Shown here piece after piece: positions 39,155-52,124 of a stretch of DNA of 64,000 bases. How positions within the stretch are numbered: the stretch's first letter is position 1; each line of letters opens with the position of its first letter. The DNA lies in NCBI RefSeq assembly GCF_009914755.1, contig NC_060936.1. One strand, written 5' to 3'. A program made the position numbers and the translations under genes. Below the pieces are notes generated by a model, which was not told the origin of the DNA, ran no database searches, and was given only the letters and a program-made list of their open reading frames with translations. The DNA is from the human T2T-CHM13v2.0 reference genome, Homo sapiens.

Positions 39155-39655
39155 AGCAGCAGACAAAATATTAAAGTCCCGGCCCTCATGAGCTTGCATT
39201 CCAGTAGGGGAAGCCAAACAACAAACAAAATAAATAAATAAGCAGCGCTGATGTTCGCTGATGACAAGGACTGAAAACCCAGGCAACAAAGGGAAGGAAC
39301 AGGAGCTGAAGCTACACTTTTAGAGAGGGTTGCAGGAGGTCCCCCTGCAAAGGGGCACATGAGCAAAATGTTGATGAAGGTGAGGGAGCCAGGCAGGAAC
39401 TGAGCAAACAGGGAGAGTGAGCAGAGACTGGGTGTGCAAAGGCCCTGTGGCCCGAGAGAACCCCAGCAGGCAGTATGGGCTGAGAGAAGAGCAGAGGGGA
39501 ATGCGGCAGGAGATGGGCTGGGAGGACTAACAGGGGTTCCCGGTGGCATACTGTCTTTAAGGCTGCTTTAAATGCTTGGGCTTTTCCTGTAGTTGAGACG
39601 GGGAGTGAGTGGAAAGCTTGTTGGGGGGTGGCATGATTAGACTTAACTTTATATG
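39155..39655 (-). mobile_element. L2 fragment
   Basis: gccctcatgagcttgcattccagt, gtgcaaaggccctgtgg, gcatgattagactt. Confidence 0.7.
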
Positions 39656-39680
39656 CAATGGTTGTATTGAAGTGGGACAC

Positions 39681-40180
39681 TGTGGCAGGCAGAACAGTAG
39701 CTCCCCAAATACATCCACATCCAAATCCACAGAATCTGTGGATGTGTCAGGTGATGTAGCAAGAAGACAATCAGGTTGCAGGTGCAATTAAGGTTGCCAA
39801 TCAGCTGACCTTATAATGGGGAAATTAGCCTCGATTACCCAGGTGGGCCCAATGTAGTCACAGATGTCCTTAAATGTGGAAGAAGGAGGCACAGGTCAGA
39901 CTCATGGAGAGAAGGGAAGATGCTATGCTCATGGCTCTCAGGGAGGAAGGGGCCGTGAACCAAGGAATTCGAGCGTCCACCCGAAACTGGGAAAGGCACA
40001 GGAACAGATTCTTCTCTGGAGCTACCAGAAAGAATGCAGTCCTGGCAACACCTTGACTTTGGCCCAGTGAAGCTCATGTTCAGGCTTCTAATCATTGGAA
40101 ATATCAGGTAACAAATGTGCATTGGTTTAAGCCACTAGGTTTGTGGCAGTTTGTCACAGCAGTAATAGGGCACTAATAGA
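39681..40180 (+). mobile_element. MLT1D-like LTR
   Basis: tgtggcaggcagaa...attaaggttgccaatcagctgacctt...tttaagccactag...cactaataga. Confidence 0.85.
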
Positions 40181-41595
40181 GGCATAATGTCTCCAACGTG
40201 CCACCATCCCCACCACTGCCTATTACACCACCTCTCTTCAATTACTTACCTGGCCCTGTAGGCACTTGTGTGTTGCAAATTCTAACGTAAGCTAACGATA
40301 TTCTCCTGAAACCTTGATGATTTGTTCTTTCCGCTGGACTTTGGACGCCTAAGGGTTAACTGTTTCTATGATGCTTATACTTCCTTTGGGAGCAAGGAAT
40401 TCTCAGAAAATGAATTATAATTGCCCATATTATCATTTTACCTCGCTATTTTAATTTTTGCAAGTGTTTTTTCTGACTACACTTACATTCCAGCTTTCCA
40501 GCCGCTGGAAAGTTGAGAAGTTGAGAAGCCAGTTAAGAAGCTTTTCTCAACTGCATTTGGCCAGAGAACTAAACTCTACAGCAAAGAGATTGGCTATTTT
40601 TTCGTTCCTGTTAAGAGTGGTAGGCAGCAGGCCCCGTCTGAGATGCAGAGGAGAGGAGTTAGTTAAATCCTAACATGATGTGGAGGCCTCTGGGCATTGG
40701 AGTATGTGTCTCTAACCCATGCTGTGAGAAGGCCACTCTGCAGTGTGGAGAAGGCAGGAGGAGGAGGCTTTATTCTCATTTGATGGGCAAAGGAACTGAG
40801 CCACACAGTCCTGCTGACTTCTCTAAAGCTACACAGCAGAGCAACCACAGAACCAGATAGAAACTCCTCACTCATCCCTGAGGCTTCCCCGCTAAATTCT
40901 GCTGTGTCCTTTAGCTGTGATTTCCCCCTTGGATAGTCAAACTTCTCACCCAGTGTTCTGGGACCTGTCCCATCCCCGGAGGTGAGAAGGTAGTTGTGTG
41001 GCTGGCATTCCAACCACCTTAGCATTTAACTCCCCCGAGTATAATCACCCTCCACTTATCAGATTCTATATTTTATTTTCCTAAATGCAAAAGCTGTCCC
41101 AAATGCTGCTGAAACATTAATTGCTTGTGTTTCTTCTACTTGGACAAATCTCACTGCAATGAAATCAAAGCTGTTATGGGCACTCAGAGATTCTGACTTC
41201 CAATCTCAAATATAACTTGTTAAGCATAAAACAGTAAATATGAAGTGCCTATTACCTCAATTCTAAATGATAAAGTCTTGAGTATGTTGCCCCAGGGATT
41301 TTGAAATACGTGAGGAACCTACATAGGACAGTCTTTCAGTGAGTTTTACTCTACAGCTGGTTGAATTTACAAGCCTAATACACAGTCTGCACATTGATCT
41401 CCTTGAAGAAGCTCAGCACATTGATGTGGCAATATCAGGATGGATTGCCGGCTCTTGAGAAAGGAAAAACGCACACTTAAAAATATTTATTAAACATTGC
41501 CATTCAGTACAAACTGTCAAAGTGAAAGGCATCTCACTGTTTAAAATAATAATGATACTTAACGGGTACTGGTGGGAGCGGGTTTCCTTCAGGAA

Positions 41596-42140
41596 TGAAG
41601 AAAAGGGGAAATGGCTTTCCTTCACTATCCTAGGCCCTTTGGCTGGGCTACAAATTAGCCTAAGGCAGATTAACAGGACAAAAATAGTTTTAATTACATA
41701 CATACACATGGGAGTCCCACAAAAATATGAGGCTCAAAGAAGAAAGAAAGGCAAGGTGGTTGAAGCTTATATAGCATCCCGAGCTACAGCAAAGAAGGAG
41801 GACATGGGGCTTCTTACGAGCTGGGGGGAGGGGGATGCATGGAAACAGGTTCTGGGAGAGTAAGGGCAGGAAGCTTACTGTGAATAAAGACTGTCTTGTT
41901 ACATAGATAAAAGGTTTCTTGGGTAGTAAAAGTTTTCCAGGAGTGGATACTTTTACTAATGTAGGTTTCCTTTATAGATGTAAATTTCTTTCACCAAAGG
42001 GCAGCTTTTTAGAGCTATTCCCATGTCTGCAATTTCTCAAAATAATCCGTTCAAAAATATGCCAAAGAAGTATATTTTGGGGTGGCATATTCTGGTCTCC
42101 TACAGTCATATTTTGGGGTGGTGTATCCTGAGCCCCCACA
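41596..42140 (-). mobile_element. MER34/MER39-family ERV1 LTR inserted in an L1 3' end
   Basis: ggcagattaacagga, tatattttggggtggcatattctggtctcctaca and a repeated tattttggggtgg terminus. Confidence 0.7.
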
Positions 42141-42290
42141 GGGGTGACGGAAAAGTTTTGGAACTAGATGCTGGTGATGGTTGCACAACATGGTGACTTT
42201 ATTCTATGTCACTGAATTGTTCACTTTAAAATGGCTAAAACAGTAAATTTTACAGTATGTGTATTTTACCACAATCAAAATAAATAAATA
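42141..42290 (+). mobile_element. L1MB 3' terminus
   Basis: ggtgatggttgcacaaca...actgaattgttcactttaaaatgg...gtattttaccacaat plus A-rich tail. Confidence 0.85.
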
Positions 42291-42299
42291 CCTAAAACT

Positions 42300-42800
42300 T
42301 GTTTATTTCTCATCCAATATATGTGCATTGAGCACCTACTATGTGCCAGGCACTGTTCTAGAGGTCAAGGATACACGGATGAAAAAGACAGACCCAGTCT
42401 CTTTGGTGAAGTCTCTTATGTCCCAGGGAGGAGAGAGCTCATCAACCGTTAGAATAAAAATGGTAATTTCAGAGAGTGTGAGGTGCTGGAATGACAAGAA
42501 AAGCAGGTGCACATAATGAGAATGGGGGCTGGGACAGAGGCTGGCTTAGATGGGGTGGCAGGAGGACCCCTGGGGAGGATAATTCCGCTCAAGACTGTGA
42601 TGCCCTGGTCCCTTCCACCCGATTGGCTGAGACTTGGGAAGCTACAGGAGAGGAGCACTTGGGCAGAGGGAGCCCAGGTATGAAGCCCTGATAGAGAAGG
42701 ATTTCTGTTCCAGAAATGGGGAGAAGGCCAGTGTGGTAGGAGTGAGGGAGGAAGAAGGGGGGTGAGGGAGGACACTGGAGAGAAGCTAATTAAGAGGGTC
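42300..42800 (-). mobile_element. L2 3' fragment
   Basis: cattgagcacctactatgtgccaggcactgttctag, gaaggccagtgtgg. Confidence 0.75.
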
Positions 42801-43044
42801 CTGCCCAAGGATGCAGCTTCCCTGGAAGGAAATGTGGACCTCTGATGAATGATGGGTTTCTTCACTGCCCCAACGCTGCCAGCAATTGCAGGAATTTAAT
42901 AGCCCTGAGACTGGGAACATCAATCCACTTCCTTTCCTGGCACGTCCTCCACACCTGTACCTGTCCTCGCTGAGCCCTGTTCCTGCCAAAGGCCCTCCTG
43001 CCTCCTCCGTCAGCACAGATGGTTCTGGTCCTGTTCACTCAAGG

Positions 43045-43207
43045 TCCAGCTTCTCACCCTGGCTGCACACCAGAATCACCTGGGGAGATTTTTAAAAGGC
43101 TTCAAGTCGAAGCCACACCCCTCAGACCAAGTGAACCAGGATATCTGGGGGAAGAAAGTCCTGCACACTGGGACTTCAAGCTCCCCAAGTGGTCTAAGGC
43201 GCTACTG
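43045..43207 (-). mobile_element. MER5A relic
   Basis: ttctcaccctggctgcacaccagaatcacctggggagatttttaaaa...caagctcccca. Confidence 0.7.
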
Positions 43208-43699
43208 TGTGTTTCTCTATTAACTGATTTATTCTGATTTCATAATCAGCTACTACATCCCCTCTAAAATAAAACATGCACATTTAAATAACTCTCTTTG
43301 GATAATGCATTTTAACCCCAAATGCATGGGAATCTGAGGTTCGGTGTCACCTACTGGAAAGGAGACTCATGGAAGGGAAATTCAGATGTCTCTGAGATAC
43401 CAGTAAGTAATTCATTAGCCGCACCCATTTTGCATGGAGACCAGGGCTACTTTTCCTGGGTTGCTTTAGGCAGAAGTGTCAAGGAGTGATGATTGGACCT
43501 GGCTTTGGGCAAAGCCATTCACTGGTTTGCGCACCGTGGAATGGGGAGATGAGGCCAGCATGTGTTCTCCCACGTGCATGGGAATGACTTTGCCTTTTGC
43601 AGGGCATTTTCTGTGCTCCAGAGGATGCCTTTATAGTATGTTTCATGTAAATATTTTTTATGTAAATGATGCTCCCTGAAGTCATGCCTTCAACGTACT

Positions 43700-43890
43700 C
43701 TGTGTGAATTCATTTAATCCTCACAACGGCTATCTGCATTACATCCTCTTATTATTTTCATTTTGCAGTTGGGGAAACAGGGGCACAGGGAAGCCTTGTG
43801 TAACTTGCAAAGACCACACAGATGATAAGCAGCAGACTCAAGGTTCAGTCCCAGGCAGCATGGCTTCAGCGTCCACCATCAATCACTCCT
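43700..43890 (-). mobile_element. MIR
   Basis: tcatttaatcctcacaac...cattttgcagttggggaaacaggggcaca...taacttgcaaagaccacac. Confidence 0.8.
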
Positions 43891-43959
43891 CAGTAACACC
43901 TCACTCTTGTGTTCCACTGGCTCCCTGGAACATAGAGAGAATGCCAGGGAAAGGGATGG

Positions 43960-44314
43960 TGTCCCAGTCTATTTGCATTGCTCTAATACAATACCATGAA
44001 CTGGGTGGCTTATAGGCAACAGAATTCTATTGCTCATAGTTCTGGAGGCTGAAAGTCTAAGATCAAATTACCTGCAGATTGAGTGTCTGGTAACAACCCA
44101 CTTCCTTGTTCATGGATGTCTGTCTTGGCTTTCACATAGTGGAAGAAGAAATGCAGCTCTCTGGGGTCTCTTTTATAAGAGACCCACTAATCCCATTCAC
44201 GAGGGCTATACCCTATGACAAATTCCCAAGGTGTCCACCTCCAAATACCATCACATTGGGAATTAGGTTTCAACATATGAATTTTACAGGGACAGAAGCA
44301 TTAAGTCTATAGCA
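43960..44314 (-). mobile_element. MLT1A-type LTR
   Basis: actgggtggcttata...gttctggaggctgaaagtctaagatcaa...ccaaataccatcacattggg. Confidence 0.85.
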
Positions 44315-45329
44315 TTTGGACATCTCAGATAATTTGAGACTTAGGAACTTTCAACAGAGATAAGTGGACTTAAGAAAAGCTGCAATTTTTTGTTCACCAA
44401 ATTGTAGAACTGAAATACTTTTCTCCTTCACGTGCAAATCTCTGGGTGACTTGAGGAGAAAAGCAGCTGCTACTGCTGACTTAGTCTCCACCTAAGTTCT
44501 TCCTCTAGAATTGGCCTTCCTGTCTTGGATCTCCTTCTACTCTTTCCCTTCCTCTCTGCTTCCTTTTCCTCGATCTGAAGGTCATTTGTTTAGAAACTAC
44601 TAAGGGGGTGTTCCTGTCTGAGTCGATTCATCCTCCCCACAAACTTACAAGGTTAGAATTATAATCACTCCCATTTTACGGAGTGGACAACAAAGATGCA
44701 GGAATATTAAGAAGCCTGCCCAAAAGCTTCACAGTAAGTCAATGGCCAAGATGGCACTTCAATGCCAAGTGGTCTTGGCCAGAGTCCTGCCCTTAAGCCC
44801 TCCTTGTGCTGTTCTTTTCCCTTTTCATTTCTTCTCTTCATTTTCCCTTTGGCTCTGGATGAATATTTATATTCTTATTTTTTAATAAAGGAAGATGAGG
44901 ATTGGTTAAAGAAAGAAAAGACAACCAGAGAGAGGAGGGAGTTAAAAATCACTTCTCCTTGTTAGCTGATTACAGGATTCTTTTGGGTGCCCTGCAGCTG
45001 TGGTCCTGTATCTAGGCAGCTCCAAATTGCACCAAGGCAAGAAAAGTTTAACAATAATCATGCAAAATCTATTTATTCTTGGCTGTTAATCTAGATACGA
45101 TCCGCCCTCTTCATATCTGCGTAATTAGAAGTACCGCAGAGGACAGAAGTCACTCTCAGCAGCAGCTGCTGTGAAATGCTGGCAGCCCTGCTTCTTGTAG
45201 ATGCCATGGCTCTCTCGGAGTCTTAGGCACCACCCCCGCCCCCGTTCCAAAAAGCCCCTCTATGAGAACAGGAGGAGTGTATGGACTGCCATTGGAGGTG
45301 AGTCTTGCCATTGCAGTCATAGTGGACAC

Positions 45330-45690
45330 CTGTTGGTTTTGCCTGTGGATCATTTTCCCTTAGGAACATGCCCCTCCGCTATGGGTCAGGAAGCTGAGCC
45401 AGTTCATGATTCTGGGGATGGATAAGAGCTCCAGCCTGGATAACCCATTCTTCTAAGTCTTCCTTTTCTTTCTTCACAAGATCTTGCTGTTGAAACTCCC
45501 AAACTAAGAACTGGTTCATTCTGCCTGTGTCACAGCCTCATCCACAGAGATGGGTTCCATAATGAGTGATGACCCAAACCAGGTCCTTGAGCACCTCACT
45601 GCAAATTCTAGTCTAAGTAATGGGAAAGATCTTCTCTCCTACCACGGAGGTTGTACTGCTTTAGGGTGATGACCCTGTAGGAGTCTGCAT
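45330..45690 (+). mobile_element. Old MLT1 (K/L-like) fragment interrupted at 45445-45532
   Basis: ccagcctgga...|...ccacagagatgggttcc...gacccaaaccagg resembles the MLT1K/L layout. Confidence 0.45.
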
Positions 45691-45819
45691 ACACATTCTC
45701 AATGCTTAAGAGAGGGTGAGTTGAGCACCTCTTCAGGGCCATTTTTTCTTCCTGGTGGTTTGTACAAAATGTCTTTGTATCTTCTCAGTAAAAGTCATGC
45801 CCATTCACAAGGTCCCACA

Positions 45820-46255
45820 CTCTTGAATAGCCATTCATCACACCCATTTGCCTTTTTTCCTTTCCACGGTTAAACTGCATTCCACATTCTTCTTTATTGT
45901 TAGGTGTGGCCATGTGGCCTGGATCTAACCAGCTCTACGTGGAAAGAAGTGATGTAGGTACTCATCAAGCCTAGCCCACAAAATCTTCCAGCATCACTGT
46001 CTATTCTCTCTTATTTCATCAAGCATCTGGTTGTCAACACCTAGGAACCTGGGAATCTACATGTTCACATGGCAGTGTCTCCACCAACAGTCTGGGGCCC
46101 TGAGTGACTATGTGAAGCTGAGCCTCCTGCATTCCATCCCCATTCCCCCTGCTACCAATCTGATTTTCATGTAAATGAAAATAAACTTCTCCTGGTTAAG
46201 CCACTAACATTTTGAGGTTGACTGTAGCAGCTGCATTACCTTAGAAATGTACTAC
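45820..46255 (+). mobile_element. Old MLT1 (H/J-like) LTR
   Basis: taggtgtggccatgtg, ggggccctgagtgactatgtg, aaataaactt...gttaagccact. Confidence 0.6.
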
Positions 46256-47249
46256 TAAACATGGTTCTTCCACTCACCATTCTAAGTGTGGGGGAATATA
46301 TCTAGTTTCTGGGCAACAGGATGATTCTCCCCCCAATCCATTCTTCTAACTCTTTCTGTTCTGAGTTCACAAGACGTTGCTGTTGAAATTCCCAAATCAA
46401 GAACTGGCTCATTCTGCCTGTGTCAAGCTGCACTCTGACGAAATCATGCACAGGCCTGACTGGCTAAAGAAGAGAAGAAAGGGAGCAAAGGAAGGGCAAG
46501 GAGACTCTGAAGTCCACAGAAGATAAAGTGTGAAATCTCAGGATAAGGATTTCAACCCCAGGGGAAGGAGTAGACCACAACCAGTGAGCAATGACAGCTG
46601 GAGGGTCTTCAGGGTCTGGTTCTCACTGCACATGGTCAGTTTACCTGCTGAGGCTGAGTGACAGCTAGTGCTATGAGTCCTGGAAACAGAAAGGGCTGGA
46701 GAAATCCGAGAGGGCTTCCTGGAAGTAGTGGGAGTCAACCTTGGTCTTAAACCATGAATAAGAATTCTGGCTAGGCAGAGGACAGAAGAGAGGGCACATC
46801 AGGCCCTACAACTTTGTGCAAACTCGTGAAGTTGGGAACATGCATGAATTTAGACATCCCCTGTCTCTTCCTTTCCATAAATGAAGGTCTGACCTATGCT
46901 TAAACTGCAGCAAGAGAGATTTGGGTTACAATTTAGGGAGAGTTTTCAGACAAGGAGAAACTTTTGTATGGGAACAGATCACTGAGGAAGATGATGAAAA
47001 TATATTCTCAGGTTGTCTTGCCTGAGAGGGAAGTGGAAGAAATATTTTCCATCCACTTTCATTTAGCATATCAGCTACACAAGGGCAGGATCTGTCTTCT
47101 GCACCACTGTGACTCCTGAAACTTGCACAGCACCCAGAACCCTGAAGGTGGTGGGGCCTAAGGTGGGAGGAGGAGGGACTAGGTCAGAGGTCCTCAAATC
47201 TCTTGACCACAGCCCTCAGTAAGAAGTGCACTTTACATGGTGACCCAGT

Positions 47250-47802
47250 GCACACATGCAAACATAGACACACACAAATGTACACATGCACACACCCACA
47301 TGCATACACTCACATGCATGCACAAATGCTCACTGCATACAAATGCACACCCAGAAACATATGCATGCACACGTTCACACATACAAATGCACACACAGAG
47401 ATGAATGCATGCACACACTCACAGCACAAATGCGCACAGAGACAAATGCATGCACACAGTCACAACACAAATTCATACAGAGAGAAATGCAAGCACACAC
47501 AGCACAAATGCACAAAGAGACAGATGCATGCACACACTCACAACACAAATGCACAGAGACAAACGCATGCACACACATCACAAATGCACAAAGAGACAAA
47601 TGCATGCACACACTCACAACACAAATGCACAGAGACAAATGCATGCACACACTCACAACACAAATGCACACAGAGACAAATGCATGTACACACAACACAA
47701 ATGCACACAGAGATAAATGCATGCACACACTCACAACACAAATGCACACAGAGACAAATGCATGCATACATTTACATTTACATGCACAAATACTTGCACA
47801 CA
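47250..47802. repeat. CA-rich minisatellite (core acagagacaaatgcatgcacacactcacaacacaaatgc, 39-41 bp)
   Basis: About 10 recognisable copies in 47390-47770. Confidence 0.93.
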
Positions 47803-47849
47803 TGACACAGGCTTCCTGAATAAACATTATTCTTATTTTCTTAAGCCAG

Positions 47850-48892
47850 TGTATTAGTGTCATATTGATGCTACAACAAATTATCACAAATTTAGTGACT
47901 TAAAACAACACATTTATTTTCATATAGTCTAGAAGTCAGAAGTCTGACATGTGTCTCACAAGGCTAAAAGAAACGTGTTGGCAGGGATGAGTTCCTTCCA
48001 GAGGCTCCAAAGGAGAATCCACTATTTTACCTTTTCTAGAGGCCACCCGCATCCCTTGGCTCATGGTCACATGTGGAAGAAAAGTTAAATTTCACATTTG
48101 AACTCAACTGAACGTGAACACAAACAATAGCCAGCAAGTCCCGGAACAGGTTGTGTGAGCCCCTTGAGGCGTTCGTTCATCTAGCGCTGTTTTGGATAAA
48201 TCTCTATTTCAATCTATTCGTATACATCGGTTATTGAAAAACAACAGCCAATCACAAAAACAGGTTGACCTTTTTGTGTTCCTTGAGCCTAGTCGTGAAG
48301 GGCCCTCGTGACTGGGCCTCATGCCAAACAACTCGTTACAAAAAGAGCTCAGGTCCCAGACTGTGCCGAAGCTTCATGAGATCTCTCCTTGGTTGTGCAG
48401 GGACGAGTGGCCGACTCTGGAGCCCAGGCTGCTGCTTCCCAGTCTCATGTTGAATCCTCCATAGTCTGGTGAGTGTAAATTTGCTTATTATATCAATCTG
48501 CTTATTATATCATTTACTTATATCTGCATTGCCATTTACATGGGATAGAGGTTGTTTGCCCTTAAAGGTATTGTGTGTGTGTCTTTTCTTCTTCCCTTGC
48601 GCATCTCCCGCACAGAACACCACATCCCCGTGACCTCTGCTTCCATCACACATCTTCTTCTCTGACTCCTGTCTTTCTCTTTCCTTATGAATAGTCTGTG
48701 ACCACACTGGCCCCACCTGAATAATCCAGGATAATCTCCCCCTCTCAAGATCCTTAATTGATTCATGTCTGCAAAGACACACAAGCACATGCCTGCATTC
48801 ACACACTCACATGCAGGGGTAAGGTGACATATTCACAGGTTCTGGGGATCAGAACGAGGGCATCTTTGGATATCATGATTCCGCCTAACATA
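47850..48892 (-). mobile_element. MLT1D/C-like LTR split by an ERVL LTR
   Basis: acaaatttagtgacttaaaacaacaca...atcccttggctcatgg | ataatccaggataatctccc...tcacaggttctgggg. Confidence 0.85.
48072..48619 (+). mobile_element. ERVL-class solo LTR (LTR66-like; subfamily tentative)
   Basis: TG...CA termini (tgtggaagaaaagttaaat...cacagaaca), 5-bp TSD tcaca/ccaca, CpG-retaining. Confidence 0.7.
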
Positions 48893-50889
48893 GCTGAGTT
48901 CCTCCCAAACAGACCCTGATGGGCAGATTCAAGAGCCAGCAATGAACTCACACTCTGTTCCCAGAGCCTCCACTATGACCCTACATTTGTGTGACCTGAA
49001 GCACGAATGCCTCATCATTCTTGCACCTGGGTGCTTCCCTTGTGTCACCTCAGTCCAGATCCTGCTCCTCCAAATTGTCCTACCTCAAGGCAAGGGATCT
49101 GGGCTTTCAGCAAGGCCCATCAAGGGCTCAAGAGCCCCCCGAGAAAGGATGTCAATTTCCAGGTATCTCAGGCTCTCTCTGCAGTCAGGCAGTGGCTCCA
49201 GCTGGCCCCTGAAGGAGATTCACAAGTGTGAGCTGTTAAAAGCAAAAAGACCCTAGGGAGTCATCTGTACCCCAGTGTCCTCTTGCAGGCTTAAGCGGCA
49301 GGGAGCTCTGAAAGAGTGGAAAGGCTGCTGATGGGGCCTGGGAGAGCATTGATTGTACCTGCTACACTTACCACAGATTGTGCGCTCAGGTGGTCCCTAT
49401 TTTATCTGGTTCTAGTTCATTTTTTAAATGCTGGGAACAGCATCTTCAATCAACGTTATGAGCCCCCAGTGGGCCACAGCCACTGTTCTAAAAATGCTGG
49501 AGTAGATCAGGGCTCCACACAGGCCCCAACACCCCACAGTCCTGGACAGACGGGGTGTGCCAATGGAATTGCGCTCCTAGGGAATTAGATACATTTATTT
49601 CCTTCTATTTTTTTTCTTCAACTGGCAAAAGGATAGATGTCTACTCTAATCTGTTTGCATCACCCGAGACCCATAGGTAGGGAGAGAAGGACAACGGCAT
49701 TTGGGGGAGTGAATTCCCTTTGCTGCTGTAGTAACACCTGGCTGGAGTTCCCTCCCTGCCCAGCCTATACGTTTGATTCCTCAAAGAGGGTTCTTTGGGC
49801 TGGATTTTTTCATCTTCATCACAACCAGCTAGAAAATAATTGGGGACTTCAAAAGTAAATGAGGGAATTTGGATTTTTCAATTGGGAAAAGAAAAATTCT
49901 GCCAAACAGTGACTCACTTGACTCACTTCAAATGCGCAAGCATGAACATAAGCCTGCTTGAAATCCTGAAATTTCAGGGAAGGGGCATTAACTCTCACCC
50001 CTCACTTACGATGGTGCCCCTTGAATTGTAGCTCCACCCACTGCAGTGCTCTCTGGAGAGGCAGCCTCCAAGGAGATGCTGCTGGAAACACCCACTCAGT
50101 ACCCTCCAGGGAAAGGCAGCTCTACTGGGAAGCAACTGGTTTTGTAGATTGTCAAACAACATTCCATTAAATAGCAGATGCGTTCTCTTTCAGATTATAA
50201 AAGAAATAGCTGTTCAATGTGAAGAATTTGTAAGAGAGAGTAAAAAGGAAAAAAGAAACTGCCCATGGTCCTGCCCCTGGTAACATTTTAATATCATTTT
50301 GACTTTTTTTTCTGTGTCTATTTTATTTGTACTGTTACCTGATATTATTTATAGGGATTCAAGTTATATGCATAATAGGAATGCTTTTGACCACAAGTAA
50401 CAGAATAATCAACTCGTGATACATAACATGAATATGTATATTTGTGTGGGAAGCCCAGGGTCGAAGAGACCCAGGGTTTGTGCTGGACTCGGTGATGGTG
50501 TCAGAGACAAAGGCTCTTTCCCTTATTTTCTATGACATGTTAAATGCACTGGTTTATTCCTTCAAAGCTTCTAAATGGCTCACTTCATTGTTTTCTTTAT
50601 ACAAAATTTCATAAAATTTTAACAAAAATTAGATTTGCATTAGATACACATTTCACATACACAAAATTAACTATATCCTTTCTTCTGAGAGAGAGAAAAA
50701 CAACAGTTTAAATAGTGGGCAGGGTGCTGTTCTTTGTCCCCAAGGTGAGGACAGGATAGGAAATGTGACTTTCTTCTCCCCTCAGATGGTCTGAACTCCT
50801 AAGAGCCTGTCACAGGGAATCTCCCAGTACCCTCGGCATCCTATGCTGTATTTGGGGGACAACTGAAAAGATTTTCCAAATTATATAGG

Positions 50890-51108
50890 CAGGAGTTGGC
50901 AGACCATTTCCATAAAGAGCCAGATAGTATTTTTAGCTTTGAGGGCTGTACAGTCTGTGTCACAACTACTGAATTTTGCCATGGTAACAGGAAAGCAGTC
51001 ATGGACAATACATACATAATGGGCATGGCTGTGTGCTAATAAAACTTTATTTACAAACACAGGTAGAGGGCTGGATTTGGCCTCTTCACTGTAGTTTGTG
51101 CACCCTTG
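50890..51108 (+). mobile_element. MER58A hAT relic
   Basis: caggagttggca...gccagatagta...gggcatggctgtgtgctaataaaactttatttacaaa...tagtttg. Confidence 0.85.
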
Positions 51109-51589
51109 CTATACATAATTTGTTACATTTGCCTTAGCAGGGAGGCCGCTTGATCTTCCCATCTCCCATTTCTCCATGATAATGTGAGCTTCCTCTCAGC
51201 CCTGGCACGAGGAGGACTGCTGGGGCAAGACCCACCCTTCTCTCTGCCCTCACTGACTCCCACCCTCGGAGGAGGAGTGTTTATCTGACAGGTAGGTTGG
51301 GAGGAAGAACAGCTGGCGCAGCTCAGCCCCTCCCTACCCTCCTTTCAGAGCACCCTCCCCACTCCCCACCCACCCGCCTCTCCTCTGCTCTCCTCTAGGC
51401 CTGTAAGGAGGGGGCTAGTTCTAGGTGGGTGCAGTCCATTCTGGAGGGAGCAGATGAGAACACCCCAACCTGGCCACCAGTCAGGTCATGTCCTCCAATC
51501 CAGCTGATGCAACAATAAAGCAGGTGGATTTTCTGCATCCATCCACTTCCTGCGCTTATCTCTCCACCAATTCCAAGCTGAGAGGCTGA

Positions 51590-52062
51590 GTTTGAGATCT
51601 TCTGCTTTCCTGGCAGATTCTCCCCAGCCCCTGCTCCCCCCATCTTTGTGCCCAGGGAGGTGGCCTCCATGGGCTTCTGTCTTCAGCATCCAGTTGGGCT
51701 TGGCTGATAGGAGGCACCAACAGAAGACGGGAGAGTGGGAAGAAAGTAAGTTTGGGCATTTATTCCCCACACCCTCCCGTGAGAGCATCCTGGCCGGCCC
51801 GCATCTGTTACCCAAGGCCAAAGCGCCCATCGAATTTACTCTCTATTTATCTGTTCCGTGTTCCCAGAACCACCCCTTCCCCTTGTCCCCTTAAGTCTGG
51901 GAGTGATCACAGCTCCTCACTCTCCCCAGCCCCAAATCTGCATTATTTCTTTGATTTCCTCAAACCCCGACCACACCTTTATAAACAGTCCCTTTATAAA
52001 ATTCTCTCCACATTCCCAGTTTGAGTGTGTATTTCTTACCTACTGAGATGCTGACAGATACA
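51590..52062 (+). mobile_element. LTR33-like ERVL LTR
   Basis: ggaggcaccaacagaag, cacacctttataaacagtccctttat, cccagtttgagtgtg, terminal ctgacagataca. Confidence 0.75.
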
Positions 52063-52124
52063 GGGGGTAGGGAACAATACATCATCTCCCCTTCCCATCC
52101 CCCCATGATTCTGCCTTTCAATCC

